Positions 10,819 through 20,523 of a stretch of 64,000 nucleotides of DNA are shown here, in pieces (within the stretch, counting starts at the first letter, position 1; the number at the start of each line of letters is the position of its first letter). Position numbers and translations under genes: made by a program. Below the pieces are notes generated by a model. It saw only the letters and a list, made by a program, of their open reading frames with translations. It was not told the origin of the DNA and did not search any database. Origin of the DNA: Tubiluchus corallicola (taxonomy: Eukaryota; Animalia; Priapulida); the NCBI GenBank assembly GCA_030141605.1, contig JAQGDQ010002411.1, forward strand, positions 1 to 64,000, read 5' to 3'.

Positions 10819-11487
10819 TTATTCTAACTGAAAGTTTATAGGAACAGTGTAATATACTCTTACAGGTTTCCCACGTTGTTTTCCGGGTGTAAAATCAGGT
10901 AGTGATTTTACTACTCTTACCGCTTCTTTGTCTAAATATTCGTCTACTCCTCTAATTACTTTTATGCCTCCTACTTTTCCATCTTTCTCTACTACAAATT
11001 GTATGTATACTTTACCGCTTATTCCATTTTCCATTGCTATAGTGGGATAAACAATATTTTTGGCTATATATTTTTGTAGGGCAATGTTGCCTCCCGGAAA
11101 TTCTGGCATTTGCTGTACTACAACAAATATTTCTTCTTCTTCCTCTTCTTCTGCCATTTCTACTATTTCCATATCCACATCAGCTTCGGTATCCATAAGG
11201 TCGAGTTCGTCTTCTATATCTTCATCGCTATCTACAATATTGATAACTTCTATTACTTTTGGAGGTGGTGGTGGTGGTGGTGGTGGCTTAAGTTCTTCCC
11301 GTGTAATTTCAATAATATCTTCTTCTGGCACATCTTCTACAATTTCTCCGAAACCTTCTATTTCTTTTATTTTGGTAGCCCATTCAAAGGCTATATATGT
11401 AATTGATAGAGCAATAGTAAGACCAATAAGAATAAACAATCTTTTTCTACTCTCTAAATCTGCTTGTGGAGTTTTCTTAAGTTCCAT
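10819..11487 (-). CDS. tonB: Energy transducer TonB
   Basis: N-terminal TM, poly-Pro, MPEFPGG..YP..A.ENGISGKVYIQFVV..PGKQRGKPV. Confidence 0.93.
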   Translation of the reverse strand: MELKKTPQADLESRKRLFILIGLTIALSITYIAFEWATKIKEIEGFGEIVEDVPEEDIIEITREELKPPPPPPPPPKVIEVINIVDSDEDIEDELDLMDTEADVDMEIVEMAEEEEEEEIFVVVQQMPEFPGGNIALQKYIAKNIVYPTIAMENGISGKVYIQFVVEKDGKVGGIKVIRGVDEYLDKEAVRVVKSLPDFTPGKQRGKPVRVYYTVPINFQLE

Positions 11488-11859
11488 AAATAATAGAGTT
11501 TCTCTATATTTTTAATAAATACAAAATTGAGTGGTAAAAGTAGTATTTGTATCTTAAAACTGCAAATATTTTTTTAGTCTTTTTTATCTAAGTACAAAAT
11601 ATGGGCTTTTTTTCATTAAAAAAAGAAGGTGAAAAACAATGGATAATAGTTTATAACATAATTGTATAATAAGTTAAATTTTATATGTTTTAGTTTTTTC
11701 ATTCAATGAAGTTTTATTTTTATTTTGGATGGTTATATACAGTTTTATATTAAAAAATAAATAAAAGTATATATGACTATTTTTTGAATGAGTTTTGCAA
11801 AATTTATCATTAGTAATTGAAATAGTTTTGGGATAGATATAGCATATAATTAGCTTTTT

Positions 11860-12804
11860 TCAACTTTTTGCTCCTTGAAAAGTACTAAGTTCTTTTAGTC
11901 TTTTTTCTATTTTGGCTACTATTTCAAAATTTTTAAGGTTCCAACGCGGGGCAATAAGTAGATTGTGAGGGGATTCGGCTACGAAACGTTCTATAATAAT
12001 ATTGGGATTAAGTAGTTCCAAAAATTTCACTACTAATTCTATGTAAACTTCTGGTGTTTCAAAAAGTTTGAAACTTTGGGGGTGTTTTTTGTATTGCTGA
12101 GCCATTAATGAGTGTTTAACTATTTGTAGGTGATGTATTTTAAGTGTGTTAAGAGGAAGTTGGGAAAGTTTTATGGCGTGGTTAAGCATTTGATTTCTAC
12201 TTTCGTTTGGTAAGCCAAGAATAATATGCCCTCCACAATTTATGTTGAATGCAGCGGTTTTATTAATGGCTTTTACGGTTTCTTCATAAGTATGTCCACG
12301 TTGGATGAGTTGTAGCGTGTCGTTACTGCACGACTCTATACCATATTCAATAGCTACGTAGTGTTTGGTAGATAGGTTTTTTATCATTTGAAGAATTTCT
12401 GTATTAACACAGTCAGGTCGCGTGCCAATGATAAGTCCTACTATCATAGGATGTTCTAATATTTCTGTATAAAGTTGGGATAATTCCTTTACGGGAGCAT
12501 AAGTATTGGTGTAGGCTTGAAGGTAGGCAAGATATTTTTGAGTTTTATATTTTGAGGCGAAAAATTGAATGCCTTTTTCTATCTGCTGAAAAATAGGAAC
12601 ATTCGGACGTGTGTAGTCTGGTTTGAAAGTACGATTGTTGCAGTAAGTGCATCCACCTGTACCTTTAAAGTTGTCTCGGGTAGGACAGGTAAAACCAGCG
12701 TTGATGGACAATTTTTGTACTCGGCAACCAAATATTTTTTTGATATAAGACGAATAGTCGTTGTAAGCTTTTGTAGGTTGCCAGTGGTATATTTTATTAT
12801 TCAT
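11860..12804 (-). CDS. TIGR01212/YhcC-family radical SAM protein
   Basis: GFTCPTRD..GGCTYCNN, YLQAYTNTY, GTRPDC. Confidence 0.92.
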   Translation of the reverse strand: MNNKIYHWQPTKAYNDYSSYIKKIFGCRVQKLSINAGFTCPTRDNFKGTGGCTYCNNRTFKPDYTRPNVPIFQQIEKGIQFFASKYKTQKYLAYLQAYTNTYAPVKELSQLYTEILEHPMIVGLIIGTRPDCVNTEILQMIKNLSTKHYVAIEYGIESCSNDTLQLIQRGHTYEETVKAINKTAAFNINCGGHIILGLPNESRNQMLNHAIKLSQLPLNTLKIHHLQIVKHSLMAQQYKKHPQSFKLFETPEVYIELVVKFLELLNPNIIIERFVAESPHNLLIAPRWNLKNFEIVAKIEKRLKELSTFQGAKS

Positions 12805-12847
12805 AAAGAAATAATGTAGGCGTGTATAACTAAATAACTTTTAATTA

Positions 12848-13633
12848 TTAGATTTTAGCTCTTACCTTTATTTCTTCTGGCAAAAAGTTCAATATAGTAT
12901 CACCTCGCAATCCTAAACGTAATGTTTCTAGAGCTAAAGTATCGTTAGGTAATATGTTGCCCAAGTTCACTTCCGCCCCAAATAGTTTTACCATATCTAC
13001 TTGTTGAGACCTCAAAGGTGCTTCCCACATCACCTTCTCAATATCTATACTCTCGCTTATTTTCTGTATCAAAGCAATATCTACGGTATTATCTTTATTG
13101 TAGATGCCAACGGTCCCACTTTCGCGAGCTTCTGCTATTACCATCCAACTACCTGCCTCTATTTCCGCTTTCATACTACTTATCCACTGGTTGGGTGTTA
13201 GTGTCTTATTTTCCAATTTGGTACCTACTTCTGAAAGTACCATCATATCTTTGGAAAAATCATTTATTATCTGACACTTTTCATTCAAAGGTATTTCAAT
13301 AGCTCCATTTGAAATTTCCACTGTATCCAACCCTAAGCTATTTACATACTCTTTATATTCACTTATTTTATCTCTAATTGCAAAAGCTTCGAACAATGTA
13401 CCTCCTAAAAAGACACGTATTCCTTTTTGTTGATAGTACTTAATTTTTTCTTTTAAATTAGAAGTAATAAGAGCTGTTCCAAATCCCAGCTTTACAAAGT
13501 CTACATATTTACCGGCAGAATGAATCATATCCTCTGCTTGTCTTATACTCAAGCCCTTGTCAATTACCATAGTAATTCCTCTCTCTCTTGGTTTGGTCTG
13601 CCTTTTAGGTAGATGCGGAAGATTATAACTCAT
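12848..13633 (-). CDS. comA: Phosphosulfolactate synthase (ComA family)
   Basis: KPRERGITMVIDKGL, DFVKLGFGT, GGTLFE, EARESG, LETLRLGLRGDT. Confidence 0.93.
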   Translation of the reverse strand: MSYNLPHLPKRQTKPRERGITMVIDKGLSIRQAEDMIHSAGKYVDFVKLGFGTALITSNLKEKIKYYQQKGIRVFLGGTLFEAFAIRDKISEYKEYVNSLGLDTVEISNGAIEIPLNEKCQIINDFSKDMMVLSEVGTKLENKTLTPNQWISSMKAEIEAGSWMVIAEARESGTVGIYNKDNTVDIALIQKISESIDIEKVMWEAPLRSQQVDMVKLFGAEVNLGNILPNDTLALETLRLGLRGDTILNFLPEEIKVRAKI

Positions 13634-13638
13634 TTATT

Positions 13639-15081
13639 TTACTTTTCAAAGTTTAAAAAATGAGCTATTTTTTGGTTAAGTTTATGAGGGGGAAAAAGAG
13701 CAATGATATCTTCTAACGAAGTGTTTCGCTCTTTTAACTCAAAGCCTTTATTGAAAAATAACAGCCCATTATCGCTATCATTCAATGACAAATAACATAC
13801 AGATAAACGATAATACACTCCAGCCTTATGTCCCACATTAGACAAAGTTTGTACTAACACTTGAATAGCTTCGTAATATTGTTTCTCTTTTATATGATGG
13901 TCTGCATAGGCTATCCAAACATTATAACTCTCTTTCTCTCTTTCTATTATTTTTTGAAAAGCATTTACAGCTTCTATATTGTTGTTCAGACTACTATTTG
14001 CTATAGCGTAGGCCAGATTGTATTTAACCTTAATATTTGGAGTTTGTTTTATAGCTTTGCCTAAATACACTAGTGTTTCAGCATATTCCTGTTTTTGAAA
14101 ATGATAGTATCCCAATTTGCATAAAACAGTTGTGTCTTTTTTGTTGATGTTTAAGGCATAATGATAATATTTTTTTGCATTGGTATCATCATTGAGTTTT
14201 TCATAGCATTGAGCCATCTGACAGTAAATAATAGGAGGCACACATTTTTTCTTTTCCTCTTCTTTCTCTATAATCTCTAAGTAGACTTCTATTGCTTCTG
14301 TATATTTGGAATGAGTCACCAACATATCAGCCTTCACGTAATAGGCTTGTAGGCTATTCGGCTTAATAGCAATAGCATAGTCAAGTGCTTCGTAGGCTTT
14401 TTCGAGGTTATATTCCTCTTTGTAGATAATACCTATCTTTAACCATACATTAGCAGAATATGGATTAATATTCAAATACTCGTTGTAGTAATACAAAGCA
14501 AAATCATTATTTGCTGTCTTTGTATAGCAATGAGATAGTAAATACAAAGCGTTCAAATCCTTATAATTTATATCTAATACCTTTTCCAAATAAGAGATAG
14601 CTATTTGGTACTGAAAAGCATTAACAAATGCATTCGCTATATGAAATAAAAGGTTGATTTGTTCTGTGCAGTCTCCGTCTGGGTTATGTGCCAATGCTAA
14701 GTCAAAATTCTTTTGAGCTTTAGATATTTCCTTTTTAATTGCATAAGCGGTGCCTTTCAGCATCAAAGCATCCACTTTGGAGCTTTCTATACCTTCCAAT
14801 CCTTTTAATAAATCCAAAGCTTTGTTCTCTTGCCTACTGTTGATAAGTTGGTTTACTTTTCTTATTTGAAGAGGCAATGCAGTAGGATGTTGCTTTAATG
14901 ATAGGTTTACTAAGGTCTCCATTTCTTTGTTCTTTCGCTTATAGGTGTAGTAATCTATCAAGTACTCAAATTCTGGTACATCAAAATAAGCTTCACCACC
15001 TGCTTGGAACATATTTTTGCATTTCTCTATAAGACCATCTTTATTATCTCCTTCAAGAGATGTGTTCAAATAACTAAACAT
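13639..15081 (-). CDS. Conserved Bacteroidota TPR protein
   Basis: YFDVPEFEYLIDYY N-terminus and many TPR repeats. Confidence 0.85.
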   Translation of the reverse strand: MFSYLNTSLEGDNKDGLIEKCKNMFQAGGEAYFDVPEFEYLIDYYTYKRKNKEMETLVNLSLKQHPTALPLQIRKVNQLINSRQENKALDLLKGLEGIESSKVDALMLKGTAYAIKKEISKAQKNFDLALAHNPDGDCTEQINLLFHIANAFVNAFQYQIAISYLEKVLDINYKDLNALYLLSHCYTKTANNDFALYYYNEYLNINPYSANVWLKIGIIYKEEYNLEKAYEALDYAIAIKPNSLQAYYVKADMLVTHSKYTEAIEVYLEIIEKEEEKKKCVPPIIYCQMAQCYEKLNDDTNAKKYYHYALNINKKDTTVLCKLGYYHFQKQEYAETLVYLGKAIKQTPNIKVKYNLAYAIANSSLNNNIEAVNAFQKIIEREKESYNVWIAYADHHIKEKQYYEAIQVLVQTLSNVGHKAGVYYRLSVCYLSLNDSDNGLLFFNKGFELKERNTSLEDIIALFPPHKLNQKIAHFLNFEK

Positions 15082-15096
15082 TACTATGATTTTAGT

Positions 15097-16644
15097 TTAT
15101 ACTTTAGTTTCATTGTAAGTTTGCTTGATTTTGTGTTTAGGTCTTGATAAATCAAATATGGTTTTTACAGGGTTAAATGTAGTAATGGGCACTTCTACGA
15201 ATACGGTATTCCAATTTGCCATAGCACCATTCCACAAACCCGGTAATTCCTGTGCTTTCAATGTATGCCCTTTATATGTTTTCTTTGCAATAAAACCCGT
15301 TTGTGGATCAATATATTGGTCTAAGTTAAATTTTTTTCCTTTATAATTTTTTGTAGCCAATACCAAATCTACAGGATTGAAATGTGTGGCCTTCTTCAAA
15401 ATTCTCACTTGTTGTTCATTATTCATATCTACCTGTGAGCTTTCTACTACCTGTAGCGAAATATTTCCGCTGTTGTCTGACACCCAAAAAGGCCCCCCGC
15501 CTGGCTCACCTTCATTTTTCACCATACCGCATACTCTAATGGGACGGTCTAGCACTTCACAAAGATATGCTATCTGTTGCTGTAAATCACCTTTTTTTAT
15601 AATTTTAGGCATAGTTACACATAATTTTTGTTCTATGCAAGAAGTTATATTTTGTATGTTTTCTTTCGTATGATTAGTAGGGTTGTCAAGTAGTGTCAAA
15701 TAATTAAATACCTCTCTTTGATATTGTAAGAGTACTCCTGCTAATGTTTTTTTATAGTTGGCAATATTCTGCACATTATCTTCAGGCGATACATTATCTA
15801 TATTTTTTATAAAAAGAATGTCAGCCTCCAAGTTATTTACATTGGAAATTAACGCTCCGTGTCCTGCAGGGCGAAAAACAATTTCACCCGTTTCGTCTTT
15901 AAAAGGTTTATTATCCATATCTACTGCTACAGTATCTGTTTGTGGAGCTTGTTCAGAAAAAGTAATGTCATAGTTCACGCCGTATTCTTTTTCATAAAAG
16001 GCTTGTACTTTTTGTAGTTTGTGTTGAAACAATTTCCTATGTGCAGGTGATATAGTGAAATGTAAAGCTGCGCAGCCCTTATCATTTTTAGCATATTTTG
16101 CTCCTTCTATCAAATGTTCTTCTATGGCTGTGCGGGTAAAGTTTGTATATTTATGAAACTGCAATAATCCTTTAGGCAATCCTCCGTAGTTCAATCCAGC
16201 TTCTGTAAGCAAATATTTCAAAATTTCTTTATGCTCTTTGTCGTTTAGGGCTTGTTGTAGGTTTTTGCCTATTTGTTGAAATACTTTTTCTAAATCGTCA
16301 TAAAAAGCATATTCTTTTATTTCATCAAAAAAAAGTTTTATCGTTTCGTCTTCTTCACCCGTTTCAAAACAATGGAATAATTTTTTAAACATCCGCGAAG
16401 CAGCTCCTGATGCAGGTGTGAATTTTATTATTTGAAGTTTATCATTTACTACTGTTTCTTCATATAGTTTAATGTAATGTTGTTGTTGATTTTCATTTAT
16501 CTGTAACACACCATTCCCCACAGTAGCAGCCTTTAGAAGGTTAATATAAGGAAAGCCTTGTCTAAAGTTTTTTATCTGTTGTTCTATCTTTTTTACGTCT
16601 ATGCCTTTGTTTTTTATTTGTTGTTTTTCTTCTGTAGTTAGCAT
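15097..16644 (-). CDS. DUF4301 family protein
   Basis: KFTPASGAASRMFK, FRPAGHGALI, RPIRVCGMVKNEGEPGGGPFW, ELPGLWNGAM. Confidence 0.92.
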   Translation of the reverse strand: MLTTEEKQQIKNKGIDVKKIEQQIKNFRQGFPYINLLKAATVGNGVLQINENQQQHYIKLYEETVVNDKLQIIKFTPASGAASRMFKKLFHCFETGEEDETIKLFFDEIKEYAFYDDLEKVFQQIGKNLQQALNDKEHKEILKYLLTEAGLNYGGLPKGLLQFHKYTNFTRTAIEEHLIEGAKYAKNDKGCAALHFTISPAHRKLFQHKLQKVQAFYEKEYGVNYDITFSEQAPQTDTVAVDMDNKPFKDETGEIVFRPAGHGALISNVNNLEADILFIKNIDNVSPEDNVQNIANYKKTLAGVLLQYQREVFNYLTLLDNPTNHTKENIQNITSCIEQKLCVTMPKIIKKGDLQQQIAYLCEVLDRPIRVCGMVKNEGEPGGGPFWVSDNSGNISLQVVESSQVDMNNEQQVRILKKATHFNPVDLVLATKNYKGKKFNLDQYIDPQTGFIAKKTYKGHTLKAQELPGLWNGAMANWNTVFVEVPITTFNPVKTIFDLSRPKHKIKQTYNETKV

Positions 16645-16894
16645 ATTTTACCTTTCTTTATTTTGCAATATGACAAAAATAATGAATAATAATATAATCA
16701 CACACAAAAAAGTTATTAACAATCAAATGTTTTTATGAATGAACGGTAATGTAGTGTAAAGAAAATGAATATTAAAATATTATGGTGATAGTTATATTAG
16801 TTTTTATAATGATTGTTTTACACATATTGAGCTTTGTGGTTGTTTACTACCTTAGTAGGACTAAGAGCTAGGGGGGACGGTTTTTTGTCTAAGA

Positions 16895-16939
16895 TTTTAT
16901 ACTCACAAAGATATAATATCTATCTTTGTGAGTATAAAA
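16895..16939. promoter_or_regulatory. Perfect 19-bp inverted repeat overlapping a -7 promoter box upstream of sod
   Basis: TTTTATACTCACAAAGATA-N7-TATCTTTGTGAGTATAAAA; each arm carries TATCTTTG (Bacteroidota TAnnTTTG) on opposite strands. Confidence 0.65.
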
Positions 16940-16973
16940 AGAATAGGATTATTAATTTTTAAAACCAAATATT

Positions 16974-17585
16974 ATGAATGTTATACTACCTCAGCTACCA
17001 TATAGTTTGGAAGCTTTAGAGCCTTATATTAGCAGGCAAACCTTAGAATTTCATTATGGGAAACACCATCAAGCTTATGTTACCAATCTTAATAAATTGA
17101 TTGAGGGAACAGAGTTTGCTGGCAAAAACTTAGAAAGTATAGTAAAGACTTCGCAAGGAGGAATTTTTAATAATGCAGCACAGATATGGAATCATACTTT
17201 TTATTTTGAATCATTTTCGCCTAATGGAGGAGGGCAGCCCAAAAACAAATTAGAAGAGCAGATAAACAAGGATTTTGGCTCGTTTAATCAGTTTAAGACG
17301 CAGTTTTCAACAGCGGCTGCTACCTTGTTTGGCTCAGGTTGGGCGTGGTTGGTAGAAAGAAATGGCAAGCTCGAAATTATCCAAGAAAGTAATGCAGGAA
17401 CACCTCTTACAAAAGGTTTAAAGCCAATAATGACAATAGATGTATGGGAACATGCTTACTATTTAGACCAGCAGAACTTACGTCCTGCATATATAGAGGC
17501 ACTGTGGAATATCTTTGATTGGGATGTAATCTGTAAAAGATTATGTGAAGGCAATGATAAACATTGTGATTGTCATAGTAAATAA
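16974..17585 (+). CDS. sodB: Superoxide dismutase, Fe-type signature
   Basis: HYGKHHQAYV, FNNAAQIWNH, FGSGWAWL, DVWEHAYY. Confidence 0.95.
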   Translation: MNVILPQLPYSLEALEPYISRQTLEFHYGKHHQAYVTNLNKLIEGTEFAGKNLESIVKTSQGGIFNNAAQIWNHTFYFESFSPNGGGQPKNKLEEQINKDFGSFNQFKTQFSTAAATLFGSGWAWLVERNGKLEIIQESNAGTPLTKGLKPIMTIDVWEHAYYLDQQNLRPAYIEALWNIFDWDVICKRLCEGNDKHCDCHSK

Positions 17586-17607
17586 AAGATACTTATATAT
17601 ATTGTAT

Positions 17608-17642
17608 AAAAGCCTGCATTATAAAAATGCAGGCTTTTTTTT
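17608..17642 (+). terminator. Intrinsic terminator after sod
   Basis: AAAAGCCTGCATT..AATGCAGGCTTTT followed by a T tract. Confidence 0.85.
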
Positions 17643-17767
17643 GAATATTCGCAAATTAAATTTAGACAAATAACAATATTTTTATAGAATATACGTATAT
17701 CTATGTAATTGTTTTAACAGTGTAACTTAATAGTTTTTACTTAAATCAACCTAAACCTAAAAATATT

Positions 17768-18559
17768 ATGAAAAAAATTAATTATCTTTTCTTAAGTTTC
17801 TTTTTTGTTTTTGCTCTTGTTTCTTGTGAAGAAACTGAGGAAGAAGAAGTATTAGTTGAGAACAGAGGAGGCAAAGTAATATTTAGTGCTCAGTCAGTAA
17901 AACAAAAAAGTACAGAGCCCACACCAGAAGACATTACTCATACTATTATTACATTAGAAAATAGTAAAGGAGAGGCAGTATATTATGCCCAAAAATTGCC
18001 CGTGTATAATTTTAATAGCAGTTTTATCTCTGAACCTATCTCATTAGATACAGGAGAATACAAACTTACAGAATTTTTGTTGACAGATGAAAAAGGCAAA
18101 GTGCTGTACGTATCTCCTAAGGAAGGAAGTGAAATGGGAGAGATGGCTGAAAATCCTTTGGCAATCCCTTTCTCTGTAAAAGAGAATGAAAATACTCAAA
18201 TAGTCCCAGAAGTGTTAAGTGTAACAGGTAGAACCCCAGATAACTTTGGTTATGTTGCATTCGGTTTCGAAGTGGTAGAAACAATAGAGTTTTTAATAAA
18301 TGCTTCTATTTATAATACAAAAAAAGGAGTCTTTGAGTTAACAAAAGCTAGAATAGAGGTAAAAGTAGAAGGAAAAAGACTTCATAGAGAAAGTTTATCT
18401 GCTGAGACCAATTATATAGAAATAAAAGGATGCTACGAAGAATATGAAATAAAAGTTAGTAAATCAGGATATAAAACATATAAGGAGTTTTTTAGCGAAG
18501 AAGAATTGAAAAATTATCTTAATGAACCTATTGAAGTATTGTTGAACAAAAAGAAATAA
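17768..18559 (+). CDS. Uncharacterised lipoprotein, paralogue 1 of 3
   Basis: Signal II LVSC then acidic EETEEEE; shared core PISLDTGEYKLTEFLL..LYVSPKEGSEM..PEV..PDNFGY. Confidence 0.85.
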   Translation: MKKINYLFLSFFFVFALVSCEETEEEEVLVENRGGKVIFSAQSVKQKSTEPTPEDITHTIITLENSKGEAVYYAQKLPVYNFNSSFISEPISLDTGEYKLTEFLLTDEKGKVLYVSPKEGSEMGEMAENPLAIPFSVKENENTQIVPEVLSVTGRTPDNFGYVAFGFEVVETIEFLINASIYNTKKGVFELTKARIEVKVEGKRLHRESLSAETNYIEIKGCYEEYEIKVSKSGYKTYKEFFSEEELKNYLNEPIEVLLNKKK

Positions 18560-18702
18560 CTACTTATAGGTGATTAAGAAAAAATTAGCCTTTTGCTTGT
18601 TTAGTTTTTTGATTAAAAGCATTTTTTAAATTTAAACTTGTGAAACACTAATTTTACAGTTGAATATTATTTTATTATTATTTATTTAAAACCTAAATTG
18701 TT

Positions 18703-19485
18703 ATGAAAAGGATTAGTTTTATTATTTTAAGTGTTTTTCTTATTACTGTTTCTTGTGAAAAAAATGAGGAAAAATATGAAACATATGAAGAAAATGTTCC
18801 AGTAACATTTGCTTTTCAAAAAATAGATGCCAAAAGCAGTGAGCAGACGAGTGTAGATGATATTTCTATGGCTATCATTACTGTAGAAAATAGTCAGGGA
18901 GAGGTGGAGTATGAAAACTATCAATTAATAATGTACAAATTTGGAAACAACTTTACCACTGAACCTATTTCATTAAAAGAAGGAAAATATAAGCTTACAG
19001 AATACTTGTTGGCAGATTCTAAAGGTATTGTGTTGTATGCAACTCCTAAGTTGGGTTCTGAAATGGCAAAGTTTGTAAATAATCCATTGTCTATTATTTT
19101 TGATGTGAAAGAGGATAAAACGAATAATGTGGTTCCAGAAGTAATAAGGGTAGAAGAAAAAAAGCCAGAGGATTTTGGCTATGCTACATTTAGTTTTGAC
19201 TTAGTAGAAATAATAGATTTCTTGATAAGTGCTTTTGCTTATGATAGTAGAGATAATAGTTTTCAATTGACAAATGCTGAGTTAAAAGTAGATGCTGGAA
19301 ATGAGGAGATGCACAAAGGAGCAATATCAGCACAAACTAACCATATAAAAGTAAAAGGTGGCAGAGATACATATGAAATAAGCGTGAGCAAATCGAATTA
19401 TAAAACCTACAACGAAACTTTTAGTGCAGAAGAATTAAAAAATCATTTTACTAACCCAATAGAAGCGTTATTGGAGGAAAAATAA
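18703..19485 (+). CDS. Uncharacterised lipoprotein, paralogue 2 of 3
   Basis: Lipobox TVSC; same core; long identical DNA stretches shared with paralogue 3. Confidence 0.85.
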   Translation: MKRISFIILSVFLITVSCEKNEEKYETYEENVPVTFAFQKIDAKSSEQTSVDDISMAIITVENSQGEVEYENYQLIMYKFGNNFTTEPISLKEGKYKLTEYLLADSKGIVLYATPKLGSEMAKFVNNPLSIIFDVKEDKTNNVVPEVIRVEEKKPEDFGYATFSFDLVEIIDFLISAFAYDSRDNSFQLTNAELKVDAGNEEMHKGAISAQTNHIKVKGGRDTYEISVSKSNYKTYNETFSAEELKNHFTNPIEALLEEK

Positions 19486-19549
19486 TAATTTGATACTTAT
19501 TATAAGTTGAAAAAGGAGATATTATTTTTTATTTAAAACCTAAATTGTT

Positions 19550-20410
19550 ATGAAAAAGATTAGTTTTATTATTTTAAGTGTTTTCCTTATTACTGTTTCT
19601 TGTAAAAAGAATAGGGGAGTATATCAGGTATCTAAACAAGAAGAAAATATTCCAGTAACATTTGCTTTTCAAAAAGTAACTGCTAAAAGCGATGGCCAGA
19701 TAAGTATAAATAATGTTTCTATGGCTATCATTACTGTAGAAAATAGTCAGGGAGAGGTGGAGTATGAAGACTACCAATTAATAATGTACAAATTTGGAAG
19801 CAACTTTACCTCCGAGCCTATTTCATTAAAAGAAGGAGAGTATAAGCTTACAGAATACCTGTTGGCAGATTCTAAAGGTAATATATTGTATGCAACTCCT
19901 AAGTTGGGTTCTGAAATGGCAAAATTTGTAAATAATCCATTGTCTATTGTTTTTAATGTGGAGGAGGATAAAACAAATAATGTGGTTCCAGAGGTAATAA
20001 GGGTAGAAGAAAAAGAGCCAGAGGATTTTGGCTATGCTACATTTAGTTTTAGCTTAGTAGAAATAATAGATTTCTTGATAAGTGCTTTTGCTTATGATAG
20101 CGGTACTAAGAATTTTCAATTGACAAGTGCTGAGTTAAAAGTAGATGCTGGAAATGAGGAGATGCACAAAGGAGCAATATCAGCACAGACTAACCATATA
20201 AAAGTAAAAGGCGGCAAAGACACATATGAAATAAGTGTGAGCAAATCAGATTATGAAACTTATAAGAAAACTTTTAGTGCAGAAGAATTAAAAAGTCATT
20301 TTACTAATCCAATAGAAGCGTTATTAGGGGAAGGTGAAAAGAACGATGATGATGACGATGATGATGATGACGATGATGATGACGACGATGATGATGACGA
20401 TGATGATTAG
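19550..20410 (+). CDS. Uncharacterised lipoprotein, paralogue 3 of 3, with a poly-Asp tail
   Basis: Lipobox TVSC; same core; C-terminal 21 Asp. Confidence 0.85.
   Translation: MKKISFIILSVFLITVSCKKNRGVYQVSKQEENIPVTFAFQKVTAKSDGQISINNVSMAIITVENSQGEVEYEDYQLIMYKFGSNFTSEPISLKEGEYKLTEYLLADSKGNILYATPKLGSEMAKFVNNPLSIVFNVEEDKTNNVVPEVIRVEEKEPEDFGYATFSFSLVEIIDFLISAFAYDSGTKNFQLTSAELKVDAGNEEMHKGAISAQTNHIKVKGGKDTYEISVSKSDYETYKKTFSAEELKSHFTNPIEALLGEGEKNDDDDDDDDDDDDDDDDDDDDD
20345..20407 (+). repeat. (GAY)21 trinucleotide repeat encoding poly-Asp
   Basis: 63 nt of GAT/GAC codons immediately before TAG. Confidence 0.95.
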
Positions 20411-20428
20411 CAGCTTAATACTATAATG

Positions 20429-20477
20429 AACGAAAAAAGGGAATAAGTCAATCAAAGACTTATTCCCTTTTTTCGTT
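20429..20477. terminator. 21-bp perfect inverted repeat, probable terminator of the lipoprotein cluster
   Basis: AACGAAAAAAGGGAATAAGTC-N7-GACTTATTCCCTTTTTTCGTT. Confidence 0.8.
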
Positions 20478-20523
20478 TTCATTATCTCACTAAAAAAACT
20501 ACCTTTGCACAAAGTAATAACGA

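Noticed and set aside
16895-16939. Invertible (phase-variable) promoter
   Set aside because: The spacer is only 7 nt and there is no recombinase nearby
18703-20340. DGR template/variable repeat pair (lipoprotein copies 2 and 3)
   Set aside because: Differences are not restricted to adenines and span whole genes; this is ordinary duplication
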